DNA of 64,000 nt from an uncultured virus (IMG/VR IMGVR_UViG_3300021964_000019) (lineage: Duplodnaviria > Heunggongvirae > Uroviricota > Caudoviricetes): IMG/VR virus record IMGVR_UViG_3300021964_000019. The stretch is one strand, 5' to 3'. Made by a program: the position numbers and the translations under genes. The notes under the pieces are model-generated. The model searched no databases, was not told the origin of the DNA, and was given only the letters and a program-made list of their open reading frames with translations. How positions within the stretch are numbered: the first letter of the stretch is position 1; every line of letters starts with the position of its first letter. Below are positions 25,832 to 37,159 of the stretch, piece by piece.

Positions 25832-28800
25832 ATGGCAAATAAGAAAATATCTGAATTAAATCAGATAGGAGCAGCCAATCTCACTGATACCGATCAACTA
25901 GTAGTCGTAGATGTTGAATCGTCTGCGACTCGTCGTTTATCTGTAGATAATTTACGTGCGCACATTCAACAAGGAATGTCCACTTCCGCAGACTCTAATC
26001 TCACTGCGTTTGCTTCTTATGCCAATTCAACATTTGTAACAACTGCTGCTGTTGGCGGTAATGCAAGTCTGGTTCAAGACAATCTCACTCTCTATGCTAA
26101 TACAGCTAACTCTTCAATTGACGTAGTTGAAGGTAATCTTACTGCGTTTGCCACTTATGCTAATACCTCCTTTTCTGGAGGTGCTGGAGTTGTACAAACT
26201 AATCTACATCACTTTGGTACTACCGCTAATGCTTCTATCGACACAGTTGAGAGCAATCTTAGCTCTTTCGCTACCTATGCTAATGCTACCTTTTCTAGCG
26301 GTTCTGACAGCATTCAAACTAATCTACATCATCTAGGCACTACCGCTAATGCGTCAATTGACGCAGTTCAGTCAAATTTAGACGCAATTGCAACTTCAGA
26401 CGGCACATCAGTCACAGTTACTGGTCAGCACCTACTTCCTTCTTCCAATGTTACCTTTGATCTCGGTTCTACAACTCTTAGATGGCGTGATCTATATCTA
26501 TCGGGCACTACAATTAATCTTGGAGATCTTCAGCTCTCAGACTCTAATGGCAGCTTTGTTGTAGCTTCAGCAGATGGATCTATCACCGAACTTCCAAAAG
26601 GTGTAGGTAACATTGCTCTTAAGTTTGGTAATGTAAATTTTGGACTTCAAGGTGCTAATACAAATATTGATATAGTTCAAGGTAACGCAGCCTCATTTGC
26701 TACTGGCGCTAATGCCTCTATCTTGTTAGTAGAAGGTAATGCTATTGCTTATGCTACCTACGCTAATGCAACATTTGCCTCTACTACTTATGTAGATACT
26801 GAGGTCGCCAATTTAATTAACGCAGCTCCTGCAGCACTAGATACTCTAAACGAACTAGCAGCTGCGCTCGGTGATGATCCTAATTTTGCTACTACAGTTC
26901 TGACACAGCTTGGAACAGTTTCTTCTAATACTGTTGTTAACAAAACTGTATCAGATCAGTTTGGTACTTATGCGAATGCAACTTTTGCAACAGGTGGTGG
27001 TGTATCAGATGTACAAGCTAACCTACACGCTTTTGGGGCATATGCAAACTCTACTTTTGCCACAGTTACTGATAATGTTCAGTCTAACTTGACTGAGTAT
27101 GCTTCTGTAGCTAATACAAATATTGACTCAGTACAGGCTAACTTAACTGCTCTCTTTACTTCAAACGGAACAGCAATTACAGTAGGCGGTTCAGCTGGTG
27201 CTAATCTAATTCCTCAAGCAAACAATCTTTTCTCTCTAGGCACTCCTAGTCTTGTATGGAAAGATCTCTATGTAGGTCCAGGCACTATCACTGTTGGCGA
27301 CATCCAGCTAAAAGATTCAGGCGGTGAGTTTCAAATCACCTCTCAAACAGATCCATCAGCAAAAACCGTCATCTCTGGTAAAACTGGTAACATTGCACAA
27401 CGCTTTGATAATGTGATACATGGTTTAGGTGGTGCTAATACTAACATTGATTTAGTACAGGCTAATGCAGATACATACGCTATCTTTGCTAATGCAGCAA
27501 TCAATACAGTGCAAGGTAATGTAGATGTATACGCTATCTTCGCTAATGCAGCTATTGATACTGTACAAAGTAATGTAGATACATACGCTACATTCGCTAA
27601 TGCAGCTATTAACACAGTACAGAGTAATGCAGATGTATACGCTACATTCGCTAACACTTCTATTGATACAGTTCAGAGCAATGCAGATACATACGCTACA
27701 TTTGCTAACACCTCTATCGACACAGTTCAGGCTAATACTGATTCGTTTGCTTCTACTACTAATGCTACTATTGCAGCTAATAAAGCTGTTGTAGATCAGT
27801 TCGGAACTTATGCTAACGCAACGTTTGCAACTATTACAAGTCTTAATACAGTTCAGAGCAATCTTACTACTCTTGAAACAACTGTCACCGCTTTAGACAA
27901 CGAAGTAGATGCTTTAGGTACATACTCTAATACAACGTTTGCAACTCAGTCATCTGTTAATACAGTACAAGATAATGTTGCAAGTATCAACACAACTATT
28001 ACTGCGCTAGAATCTGAAGTTGATACTTTAGGAACCTATGCTAACGCAACGTTTGCGTCTACTACTTATGTAGATACTGAACTAGCTAATTTAGTTAATG
28101 GCGCTCCAGGAACACTAGATACTCTAAATGAGCTTGCAGCTGCATTAGGCAATGATGCTAATCTATCAGTTACATTAACAAATCAGATTAATACAATCTC
28201 ATCTAATGCTTCTTTCACTGCAAGTGTTCAGAGTACTTTTGCAACCTATGCTAACTCAACGTTTGCTGCCGATACTTCAGTTAATACTGTACAAGGTAAT
28301 GTAGATTCTTTCGCTTCATACGCTAACTCAACTTTTGCTCTAGTGAGTGGCGGAGACCCTCGTGTTGACTCTTTAACTGATAATGTAAATGCCTTTGGTA
28401 CTTATGCTAACACAACTTTCGCTACTATTACATCTGTTAATACAGTACAAGACAATGTTGCTACTCTTGACTCAACAGTAACAGCACTTGGATCTGAAGT
28501 AGACCAGTTCGGTACATATACCAACTTAACGTTTGCTACCGATACTAATCTTAATACAGTACAGTCTAATCTTACTACCTTAGAAAATAATGTAACAGCT
28601 CTAAACTCTGAAGTTGATACTTTAGGCAATACTATGAATGGTACGTTTGCTACACGTACTGAGCTTAATACAGTTTCTTCTAATGTAGATGCAGTAGATT
28701 CTGAATTAGCCGCTTTTGCTACTTATGCTAATACTAACTTCTCTGGAGGCACAGGAGTAGTACAGGCTAACTTAGATGCATATGCTACTTATGCAAATGC

Positions 28801-31800
28801 AGAGATATCTTCTCTCACTGCTGGGTTAACTGGTGCTAATACTAATATTGATACCGTACAATCTAACCTAACTACTCTTGACGCTACCGTAGTAGCTCTA
28901 AATTCTGAAGTAGATACCTTAGGAAACACAATGAATGGTACGTTTGCTACTCGTACCTCTCTCAATGTTGTACAAGGTAATGTAGACGCGTTTTCTACAT
29001 ACGCTAACGCAACGTTCGCTACTGATACTAATCTTAATACTGTACAGAGTAATTTAACTACTCTCGATTCAACAGTTATAGCTTTAGATAGTGAAGTAGA
29101 CCAACTTGGTACTTACTCTAACACAACATTCGCTACTATTACTTCAGTTAATACTGTACAAGACAATGTAGCTACCTTAGATTCTACTGTGACTGCCTTA
29201 AATTCAGAAGTAGACCAGCTTGGTACATATGCTAATACAACGTTTGCAACTAACACAAATCTTAATAATGTACAAGACAATGTAGCTGCTTTAGAGACTA
29301 CAGTAACTACTCTAGATAGTGAGGTAGATCAACTCGGTTCATACGCTAACGCAACGTTTGCCACTATCACTTCAGTGAACACTGTACAGAGTAATGTCTC
29401 TACTTTAGAAACTACAGTTACTACTCTAGATAGCGAAGTAGATACTTTAGGATCTTATGCTAATTCAGAAATCTCAACCTTACAGACCAACATTAACACT
29501 GTTCAGTCTAATTTAAATACCATAGACGCTACTGTTACAGGTTTAAATGCTGAAATAGATCAACTCGGTACTTACGCTAACGCAACTTTCGCATCAACTA
29601 CATATGTAGATACAGAGCTAGCTAACCTTGTAGCTTCAGCACCTGAAACCCTAGACACTCTTAATGAACTAGCAGCAGCGCTTGGAAATGATGCTAATCT
29701 GTCTGTTACTCTTACTGCAGCTATTGGTACAGTCTCTTCTAATGCTGCAACTAATGCTACTAATCTTGATACACTAGGTACTTACACTAATGCAACTTTT
29801 GCTACTACGACATCAGTTAATACTGTGCAGTCTAATGTATCTACTCTGAATAGTGAATTAGATGCTTTTGGTACCTATGCTAATGCAACTTTCTCAACCG
29901 GAGTCAGTCAAGCAAGCGTAGATAGAGTTGAAAATAATTTAAGCGCTTTTGCTTCTTACTCTAATACTACTTTTGCTACTGATACAAATCTTAATACTGT
30001 ACAAGGTAATGTTTCTACTCTCGATTCAACAGTAACTACTCTAGATAGTGAAGTAGATCAACTCGGTACATACGCTAATGCAACGTTTGCTAATAAGACT
30101 TCGGTAAATACTGTACAGAGTAATCTAACTACTACAGACGCTACCGTTACTGCTCTTAGCTCTGAAGTTGATACTTTAGGATCTTATGCTAACTCAACCT
30201 TCGCCAACCAGACAGAAACTACCTCAATTATTTTTGGCCTTAGTGGTGCAAATACTAATATTGATACTGTCTCTTCTAATGTAGACTCAGTTGTTTATGG
30301 GTTAAATTCTTCTAATGTAGATATTGCAGATCTTATTCACAATGCTGTTGTTGCAAATTCAGAAATTAGATCTCATAAATACTTTAGAGAGGTACAAGTT
30401 GATAGTAAAGGGGCTGCTATAGCCCCGTCAAATGCTGCTACTCTAACTTTTGTTAGTGGATCTGCTATGAATATCGAGGTAACTGGTACTACTATTACCT
30501 TTAATGCAGAAAACGTAGCTGCTGGCGGTGGTGTTGTTACTCAAGCATTTAAAACTGTAGCTGTATCTGGCCAAGCGTCTATTACTGCTGATGGTCCCGC
30601 AGACACTCTTACTTTTGAAGTAGGGTCTGGCATTGAACTTACTACAAACGTAGCAACAGATACATTACTAATCTCAGCTGCTGGAGTAGATAGTGTTCAA
30701 GATAACCTACACCTATTTGCTTCGTACTCTAATACAGCTTTTGCTACTGATACCAACCTTAATACTGTACAGAGTAACTTAACTACTCTAGATTCAACGG
30801 TTACTAGTTTAAATGCAGAAGTAGATCAACTTGGTACATACGCTAATTCAACTTTTGCTACTGATACAAACCTTAATACAGTACAGAGTAATGTGGATTC
30901 CATTAATTCTACAGTAACTACACTAGACGGTGAAGTAGACCAGCTTGGTACATACGCTAACGCAACATTCGCTACTAAAACCTCGGTTAATACTGTACAG
31001 AGCAATCTAACTACAACAGACGCTACTATTACTAGTTTAAATGCAGAAGTAGATCAACTTGGTTCATACGCTAATGCAACTTTTGCTACTGATACAAACC
31101 TAAATATCGTACAAGCTAACGCAGATTCGTATGCTACTTATGCTAATACTACTTTTGCTTCTGTGAGCTATGTCGATCAAGAAGTATCAGGATTAGTTAA
31201 TGCAGCACCGGAAACCTTGAATACTCTTAATGAGTTAGCTGCTTCATTAGGAAACGATGCTAATCTTTCTGTAACTCTTACAAACGCAATTGGTACTGTT
31301 TCTGCAAACGCAGCTATAAACTCTACTAATCTTGATACTCTTGGAACTTACTCTAATACAACTTTTGCTACACAAACTAATTTAAATACTGTAGATGCAA
31401 ATGTTGGTACTCAAGTTAATACTCTTACAAATAGTATTAATATTCTTCAAGGCAATGTAGACTCTTTTGCAGTTTATGCTAACACAACATTTGCTACTGA
31501 TACCAATCTTAATACTGTACAAAGCAATCTTACTACTCTTAATACTACAGTAACTGCACTAGGTAGTGAGGTAGATCAGCTCGGTACATACGCTAACACA
31601 ACGTTTGCTACTATCATTTCAGTTAATACTGTACAAGATAATGTTTCAGCAGTATCTCACGGATTAACCGGTGCTAATACCAATATTGATACAGTACAGT
31701 CTAACTTAACTACTCTAGATTCAACTGTTACTGGCTTAAACTCAGAAATCGATCAGCTAGGCACCTATGCTAACTCAACATTTGCTACTCAAACATCAGT

Positions 31801-34800
31801 TAATACAGTACAGAGTAATCTTGCTACAACAGACGCGACTGCAACAGCTCTTAGTGCCGATGTAGATCAGCTCGGTACTTATGTTAATTCAACTTTTGCT
31901 ACTACCACCTCAGTTAATACAGTACAATCTAACCTAACTATAACAGATGCTACTGTAACAGCCCTTAACGCTGAGGTAGATCAGCTTGGTACGTATGCTA
32001 ATACCACTTTCGCTACCGATGTTAATCTTAATACAGTGCAAGCAAATGCAGCTTCATTTGCTTCTTATGCTAATGCAACCTTTACTACTGTATCAGGTGG
32101 AGACCCAAGAGTAGATTCAGTATTAAGTAACTTAAACTCTTTTGCTTCCTACACTAATACTACAATAGGTTCTTTAACACACGGTATTGAAGGATCTAAT
32201 ACCAATATTGACACAGTACAGTCTAATTTAACCACTCTTGATACTACAGTAACTGCTTTAGATAGTGAGGTAGACCAATTCGGTACATATGCTAATACAA
32301 CGTTTGCTACAAAGACCTCAGTTAATGGAGTCCAGGATAATATCGATGTAGTAAGTAGTCATGTTGATTCTTTTGGTACTTATGCTAATACTACTTTTGC
32401 TACTTCTTCTAGTCTTACTACAGATTATTTAAATAAGACTACAGGCACTACTCAATCAGTTGCTGCTGATGTAACTTTCCAGAATGATGTAACTATTGAC
32501 GGTGATTTAACAGTAACTGGTAATACTACAATTGTTAACCAAACAACTATTAATACAGAAGATGGACTAATTCATTTAGCTAACAATAATGAATCTGCTG
32601 ATACTCTTGATATTGGTTTCTTTGGTCATTACTATGATGGTGCTACATCTAATCACGCTGGTTTCTATAGAGATGCAGGCACAAAAGAATTCTATATCTT
32701 TAATACTTATAACGATGGTAATGAGGATACTGTAAATGTAAATCCTCTTCATAATACCTTTAGTTTGGCTAATGTTAATGTCAACGTTGCAAAAGCTAAT
32801 ACTATTCAGACTGATATTCTAACAGCAAATGGAATTTCTTATCCAACAGTAGATGGTGCAGAACGCGAAGCTATTATAACAGATGCTAGCGGCAACTTAA
32901 GCTTTGGTACAGTACAAAGGTCTAGATCTATAACATTCCCTGTTAAGAACTTTACAGGCAGTACTATTTCAAAAGGTAAAGCCGTTCATATTACTGGATA
33001 TAGCGGTAATCATCCTTTAATTGCTTTAGCTGATTCTTCAAATACGGCTGCTATGCCAGCTATTGGTCTAGTTGAAGAAGAAATTTTAACAAGTGGAGAG
33101 GGTAGAATAGTTGCTTTTGGAGAATTCAAAGGTTTAAATACTACTACCTTTAATCCTAATGAAACACTTTATGTTAGTACAAGCGGTAATCTAGCTAATG
33201 TTAAGCCAACAGGTTCTTCTGCATTAATTCAGAATTTAGGTAAGGTAACAAAAGTAGCTGCTAGCGGTATTATTGAAGTAATGGGTGCTGGTAGAACTAA
33301 TGATATTCCAAATCTAGGTTCTGGAGAAGTATTTATTGGTGACGGGACATACTATGAAAAGAGACAGTTAGTTTCTACAGATGTAATCGGTGTAGACACT
33401 ATCACATCCAACCTAGATTCGTTTGCTATCTCTACAAACACTTCTATTAACTCATTAACTCATGGAATTGATAGTGCGAATACTAATATTGACACTGTAC
33501 AAAGTAACCTTACAACTCTTGATTCTACAGTCACCGCACTAGATAGCGAAGTTGATCAGCTCGGTACTTATTCTAACACAACATTTGCTACTATTACTTC
33601 AGTTAATACTGTTCAGAGTAATCTAACTACAACAGACGCTACCGTAACTGCTCTTGACGCTGAGGTAGACCAACTCGGTACATACGCTAATACTACTTTT
33701 GCTACAGATACTAATCTTAATATAGTACAAGCAAATGTAGATAGCTTTGCAACATATGCTAACTCAACGTTTACTACAGTGTCAGGAAATGACCCTAGAG
33801 TAGATACCGTAACAGATAATCTAAATGCTTTTGGTACATACGCTAATTCTACTTTTGCTACAGACACTAATTTAAACGTAGTGCAATCTAACCTAACTAG
33901 CTTGACTTCAACTGTAACTGCTCTAGATAGTGAAGTAGATCAACTTGGTTCATATGCTAACTCAACATTTGCTTCTACAACTTATGTTGATACAGAGATT
34001 GCTAACCTTGTAGATTCAGCTCCTGCTACTCTTGATACTTTAAACGAGATTGCAGCCGCACTTGGTAATGATGCGAATCTTTCTGCAACACTTACTACAG
34101 CTATTGGCACAGTATCAGCTAACGCTGCAACTAATTCTACAAACATAAATACAGTTCAAAGCAATCTAACTAGCTTAACTACAACAGTTTCTACTTTAGA
34201 TAGTGAGGTAGATCAATTCGGTACTTATGCTAACGCAACCTTCGCTACTATCACTTCAGTCAACACTGTACAATCTAACTTAACTACTACAGACGCAACT
34301 GTAACTGCGCTTGGCTCAGAAGTAGACAATTTAGGTACTTACTCTAACGCAACATTTGCTACTATTACTTCGATTAATACAGTACAGAGTAATCTTACTA
34401 CAACAGACGCTACAGTAACAGCTCTTAACGCTGAAGTAGATGAGCTAGGCACTTATGCTAATACCACTTTTGCTACAGACACTAATTTAAACGTAGTACA
34501 ATCTAACCTAACTAGCTTGACTTCAACAGTTTCTACTTTAGATAGTGAGGTAGATCAATTCGGTACTTATGCTAACTCTACTTTTGCTACCATCACTTCA
34601 GTTGATACAGTACAGGGCAATCTAACTACAACAGACGCTACCGTAACAGCTCTTAACTCAGAAATAGATCAAATAGGAGTTTACTCTAATAATAGGTTTG
34701 TTATAGTAGAGTCTGTAGCAGATAATTTTGGATCCTATGCTAATACAACGTTTGCTACTATTACTTCTGTAAATTCAGTACAGAGTAATTTGACAACAAC

Positions 34801-37159
34801 TGAAGCAACTCTTACTGCGCTTAATTCAGAAGTAGATAATTTTGGATCATATGCTAACTCTACTTTTGCTACAGTTTCTGGTAGCGATCCTCGTGTTGAT
34901 AGTGTAGAAGATAACTTAACTGCTTTTGGTTCTTATGCGAATTCTACATTTGCTTCTACTACGTATGTAGATACTGAGCTAGCTAATCTTGTTAATGGTG
35001 CGCCAGGTACTCTTGACACCTTAAACGAGTTGGCAGCAGCTCTTGGTAATGATGCTAACCTTTCGGTTACTCTTACAACTAAGATTAACTCAATCTCCTC
35101 TAATACCGATATTGTAGAAACTAATTTAGACTCTTTCGCAACATACGCAAACGCAACATTTGCAGCAGCAGTTACACAATCTGATCTAGATGAGTTGAAT
35201 GGCAATACAGATGCTTTTGCATCTTATGCTAATACAACGTTTGCTACTAAGACCTCGGTTAATACAGTACAGTCTAACTTAACTACTACAGACGCAACTG
35301 TAACTGCACTAGGTAGTGAAGTAGACACACTAGGTTCTTATGCTAACGCAACATTCGCACTAGATACTAACTTAAACACAGTACAGTCTAACTTATCTAC
35401 CCTAGACTCAACCGTAACTGCTTTAGGTAGTGAAGTTGATACTATTGGAACCTATTCTAATACAACCTTTGCCACAATAGTATCTCTAGATTCGTTTGCT
35501 TCCTACGCTAATTCAACTTTTAGTGGTGGATCAGATGTAGTACAATCAAACCTACACGCATTAGGTTCTTATGCTAATACAACTTTTGCTGTAGCAACCT
35601 CTGTTAATACAGTTCAGTCTAATTTACACTCATTTGGTTCGTATTCTAATACTACTTTTGCTACTACAACATATGTAGATGCTGAAGTTGCTAACCTTGT
35701 AGCATCGGCTCCAGCAACTCTTGATACTTTAAATGAATTGGCAGCTGCTTTAGGAAATGACGCAAATCTTTCTGTTACATTAACAAACAAAATAAATACA
35801 ATATCTTCTAATACTGATGTTGTAGAAACTAATCTAAGCACTTTTGGTTCATACGCTAACACTACTTTTGCCACTGATACTAATCTAAATACAGTACAAT
35901 CAAACTTATCCACTTTAGATGCTACAGTAACAAGTCTTAGTAGTGATGTTGATGCTCTTGGATCTTATGTAAATACTACCTTTGCAACTCAAACTTCAGT
36001 TAATACTGTATCGGCTAATGTTGATACAGTGTCTCATGGATTAACCGGTGCCAATACTAATATCAATACCGTTCAATCTAATGTTACAGTAGTTGAAACT
36101 AATTTAAATACTTTTGGATCTTACTCTAATACAACTTTCTTAACAGCTACAGATATAGATGTATTAACTGGTAACTTAGACTCTTTCGCATCATATGCTA
36201 ATACAACTCTTGCTACTCAAACATCTGTTAACACAGTATCTTCTAATGTAGATGCTACAATTCATGGACTAACAGGTGCTAATACTAACATTAATACTGT
36301 CCAGTCTAACGTTACAGTAGTTGAGACAAATCTTGATACATTTGGAACCTATGCTAACTCTACTTTTTCAGCTGGAATAACTCAAGCAAGCGTTGATTTA
36401 GTAGAAAGTAACTTAACTTCTTTTGCCACCTACGCTAACTCTACTTTTTCAGCTGGAATAACTCAATCAAGCGTTGATTTAGTAGAAACAAATCTAGCCT
36501 CATTTGCTTCTTACGTTAATTCTACTTTTGCAACTGATACCAACCTCAACACAGTTCAAAGTAATTTAACTACACTAGAGTCTACAGTTACAGCACTAGG
36601 ATCAGAAGTCGATACGCTTGGTTCTTACGCCAATACAACTTTTGCTACGGCAACCTCTGTTAATACAGTATCTTCTAACGTAGATTCGGTAATTTATGGA
36701 TTGACAGGTGCAAATAATTCTGTTAACTTAGTACAGAGTAATGTTGATTCGTTTGCGTCATATGCTAATACAACTTTTAGCACTGGCAATGTTGATGCAT
36801 TTGCTAGTTATGCTAACGCAACTTTTGCCACAGGCAACTTAAATCAGGTAGAAAGTAATGCTGTAGCTTATGCTACATATGCTAACTCAACATTTTTAAC
36901 AACTACTGCTGCTAATGTAGCTAATTCAAATTTTCCAATAGATGCGTCTACTAACACCTTTACACTAACTCAAACAGTTTCTAACGTAAATAATATGTTA
37001 GTGATTATTGATGGATTAGTTCAATCACCAGACGCTTATACCGTAAGTGGTACTACTTTAACTCTTTCTAATTCAGCACCTTTACCTTCAGGTATTAATG
37101 TTGATGTAAGATATTTACAATTTGTGTTCCCAGGAACAATTGATGGCGGAGCAATTTAA
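25832..37159 (+). CDS. Giant (3775 aa) repetitive coiled-coil fibre protein
   Basis: Dozens of NTVQSNLTT...EVDQLGTYANTTFAT repeats; seven APxxL(D/N)TLNE(L/I)AA(A/S)LG fibre motifs; N-terminal ANKKISEL; C-terminal IDGG. Confidence 0.85.
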   Translation: MANKKISELNQIGAANLTDTDQLVVVDVESSATRRLSVDNLRAHIQQGMSTSADSNLTAFASYANSTFVTTAAVGGNASLVQDNLTLYANTANSSIDVVEGNLTAFATYANTSFSGGAGVVQTNLHHFGTTANASIDTVESNLSSFATYANATFSSGSDSIQTNLHHLGTTANASIDAVQSNLDAIATSDGTSVTVTGQHLLPSSNVTFDLGSTTLRWRDLYLSGTTINLGDLQLSDSNGSFVVASADGSITELPKGVGNIALKFGNVNFGLQGANTNIDIVQGNAASFATGANASILLVEGNAIAYATYANATFASTTYVDTEVANLINAAPAALDTLNELAAALGDDPNFATTVLTQLGTVSSNTVVNKTVSDQFGTYANATFATGGGVSDVQANLHAFGAYANSTFATVTDNVQSNLTEYASVANTNIDSVQANLTALFTSNGTAITVGGSAGANLIPQANNLFSLGTPSLVWKDLYVGPGTITVGDIQLKDSGGEFQITSQTDPSAKTVISGKTGNIAQRFDNVIHGLGGANTNIDLVQANADTYAIFANAAINTVQGNVDVYAIFANAAIDTVQSNVDTYATFANAAINTVQSNADVYATFANTSIDTVQSNADTYATFANTSIDTVQANTDSFASTTNATIAANKAVVDQFGTYANATFATITSLNTVQSNLTTLETTVTALDNEVDALGTYSNTTFATQSSVNTVQDNVASINTTITALESEVDTLGTYANATFASTTYVDTELANLVNGAPGTLDTLNELAAALGNDANLSVTLTNQINTISSNASFTASVQSTFATYANSTFAADTSVNTVQGNVDSFASYANSTFALVSGGDPRVDSLTDNVNAFGTYANTTFATITSVNTVQDNVATLDSTVTALGSEVDQFGTYTNLTFATDTNLNTVQSNLTTLENNVTALNSEVDTLGNTMNGTFATRTELNTVSSNVDAVDSELAAFATYANTNFSGGTGVVQANLDAYATYANAEISSLTAGLTGANTNIDTVQSNLTTLDATVVALNSEVDTLGNTMNGTFATRTSLNVVQGNVDAFSTYANATFATDTNLNTVQSNLTTLDSTVIALDSEVDQLGTYSNTTFATITSVNTVQDNVATLDSTVTALNSEVDQLGTYANTTFATNTNLNNVQDNVAALETTVTTLDSEVDQLGSYANATFATITSVNTVQSNVSTLETTVTTLDSEVDTLGSYANSEISTLQTNINTVQSNLNTIDATVTGLNAEIDQLGTYANATFASTTYVDTELANLVASAPETLDTLNELAAALGNDANLSVTLTAAIGTVSSNAATNATNLDTLGTYTNATFATTTSVNTVQSNVSTLNSELDAFGTYANATFSTGVSQASVDRVENNLSAFASYSNTTFATDTNLNTVQGNVSTLDSTVTTLDSEVDQLGTYANATFANKTSVNTVQSNLTTTDATVTALSSEVDTLGSYANSTFANQTETTSIIFGLSGANTNIDTVSSNVDSVVYGLNSSNVDIADLIHNAVVANSEIRSHKYFREVQVDSKGAAIAPSNAATLTFVSGSAMNIEVTGTTITFNAENVAAGGGVVTQAFKTVAVSGQASITADGPADTLTFEVGSGIELTTNVATDTLLISAAGVDSVQDNLHLFASYSNTAFATDTNLNTVQSNLTTLDSTVTSLNAEVDQLGTYANSTFATDTNLNTVQSNVDSINSTVTTLDGEVDQLGTYANATFATKTSVNTVQSNLTTTDATITSLNAEVDQLGSYANATFATDTNLNIVQANADSYATYANTTFASVSYVDQEVSGLVNAAPETLNTLNELAASLGNDANLSVTLTNAIGTVSANAAINSTNLDTLGTYSNTTFATQTNLNTVDANVGTQVNTLTNSINILQGNVDSFAVYANTTFATDTNLNTVQSNLTTLNTTVTALGSEVDQLGTYANTTFATIISVNTVQDNVSAVSHGLTGANTNIDTVQSNLTTLDSTVTGLNSEIDQLGTYANSTFATQTSVNTVQSNLATTDATATALSADVDQLGTYVNSTFATTTSVNTVQSNLTITDATVTALNAEVDQLGTYANTTFATDVNLNTVQANAASFASYANATFTTVSGGDPRVDSVLSNLNSFASYTNTTIGSLTHGIEGSNTNIDTVQSNLTTLDTTVTALDSEVDQFGTYANTTFATKTSVNGVQDNIDVVSSHVDSFGTYANTTFATSSSLTTDYLNKTTGTTQSVAADVTFQNDVTIDGDLTVTGNTTIVNQTTINTEDGLIHLANNNESADTLDIGFFGHYYDGATSNHAGFYRDAGTKEFYIFNTYNDGNEDTVNVNPLHNTFSLANVNVNVAKANTIQTDILTANGISYPTVDGAEREAIITDASGNLSFGTVQRSRSITFPVKNFTGSTISKGKAVHITGYSGNHPLIALADSSNTAAMPAIGLVEEEILTSGEGRIVAFGEFKGLNTTTFNPNETLYVSTSGNLANVKPTGSSALIQNLGKVTKVAASGIIEVMGAGRTNDIPNLGSGEVFIGDGTYYEKRQLVSTDVIGVDTITSNLDSFAISTNTSINSLTHGIDSANTNIDTVQSNLTTLDSTVTALDSEVDQLGTYSNTTFATITSVNTVQSNLTTTDATVTALDAEVDQLGTYANTTFATDTNLNIVQANVDSFATYANSTFTTVSGNDPRVDTVTDNLNAFGTYANSTFATDTNLNVVQSNLTSLTSTVTALDSEVDQLGSYANSTFASTTYVDTEIANLVDSAPATLDTLNEIAAALGNDANLSATLTTAIGTVSANAATNSTNINTVQSNLTSLTTTVSTLDSEVDQFGTYANATFATITSVNTVQSNLTTTDATVTALGSEVDNLGTYSNATFATITSINTVQSNLTTTDATVTALNAEVDELGTYANTTFATDTNLNVVQSNLTSLTSTVSTLDSEVDQFGTYANSTFATITSVDTVQGNLTTTDATVTALNSEIDQIGVYSNNRFVIVESVADNFGSYANTTFATITSVNSVQSNLTTTEATLTALNSEVDNFGSYANSTFATVSGSDPRVDSVEDNLTAFGSYANSTFASTTYVDTELANLVNGAPGTLDTLNELAAALGNDANLSVTLTTKINSISSNTDIVETNLDSFATYANATFAAAVTQSDLDELNGNTDAFASYANTTFATKTSVNTVQSNLTTTDATVTALGSEVDTLGSYANATFALDTNLNTVQSNLSTLDSTVTALGSEVDTIGTYSNTTFATIVSLDSFASYANSTFSGGSDVVQSNLHALGSYANTTFAVATSVNTVQSNLHSFGSYSNTTFATTTYVDAEVANLVASAPATLDTLNELAAALGNDANLSVTLTNKINTISSNTDVVETNLSTFGSYANTTFATDTNLNTVQSNLSTLDATVTSLSSDVDALGSYVNTTFATQTSVNTVSANVDTVSHGLTGANTNINTVQSNVTVVETNLNTFGSYSNTTFLTATDIDVLTGNLDSFASYANTTLATQTSVNTVSSNVDATIHGLTGANTNINTVQSNVTVVETNLDTFGTYANSTFSAGITQASVDLVESNLTSFATYANSTFSAGITQSSVDLVETNLASFASYVNSTFATDTNLNTVQSNLTTLESTVTALGSEVDTLGSYANTTFATATSVNTVSSNVDSVIYGLTGANNSVNLVQSNVDSFASYANTTFSTGNVDAFASYANATFATGNLNQVESNAVAYATYANSTFLTTTAANVANSNFPIDASTNTFTLTQTVSNVNNMLVIIDGLVQSPDAYTVSGTTLTLSNSAPLPSGINVDVRYLQFVFPGTIDGGAI

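Noticed and set aside
26127..35913. Short alternative-frame and antisense ORFs inside the giant fibre gene
   Set aside because: Shadows of repetitive codon usage, with no SD or plausible composition.
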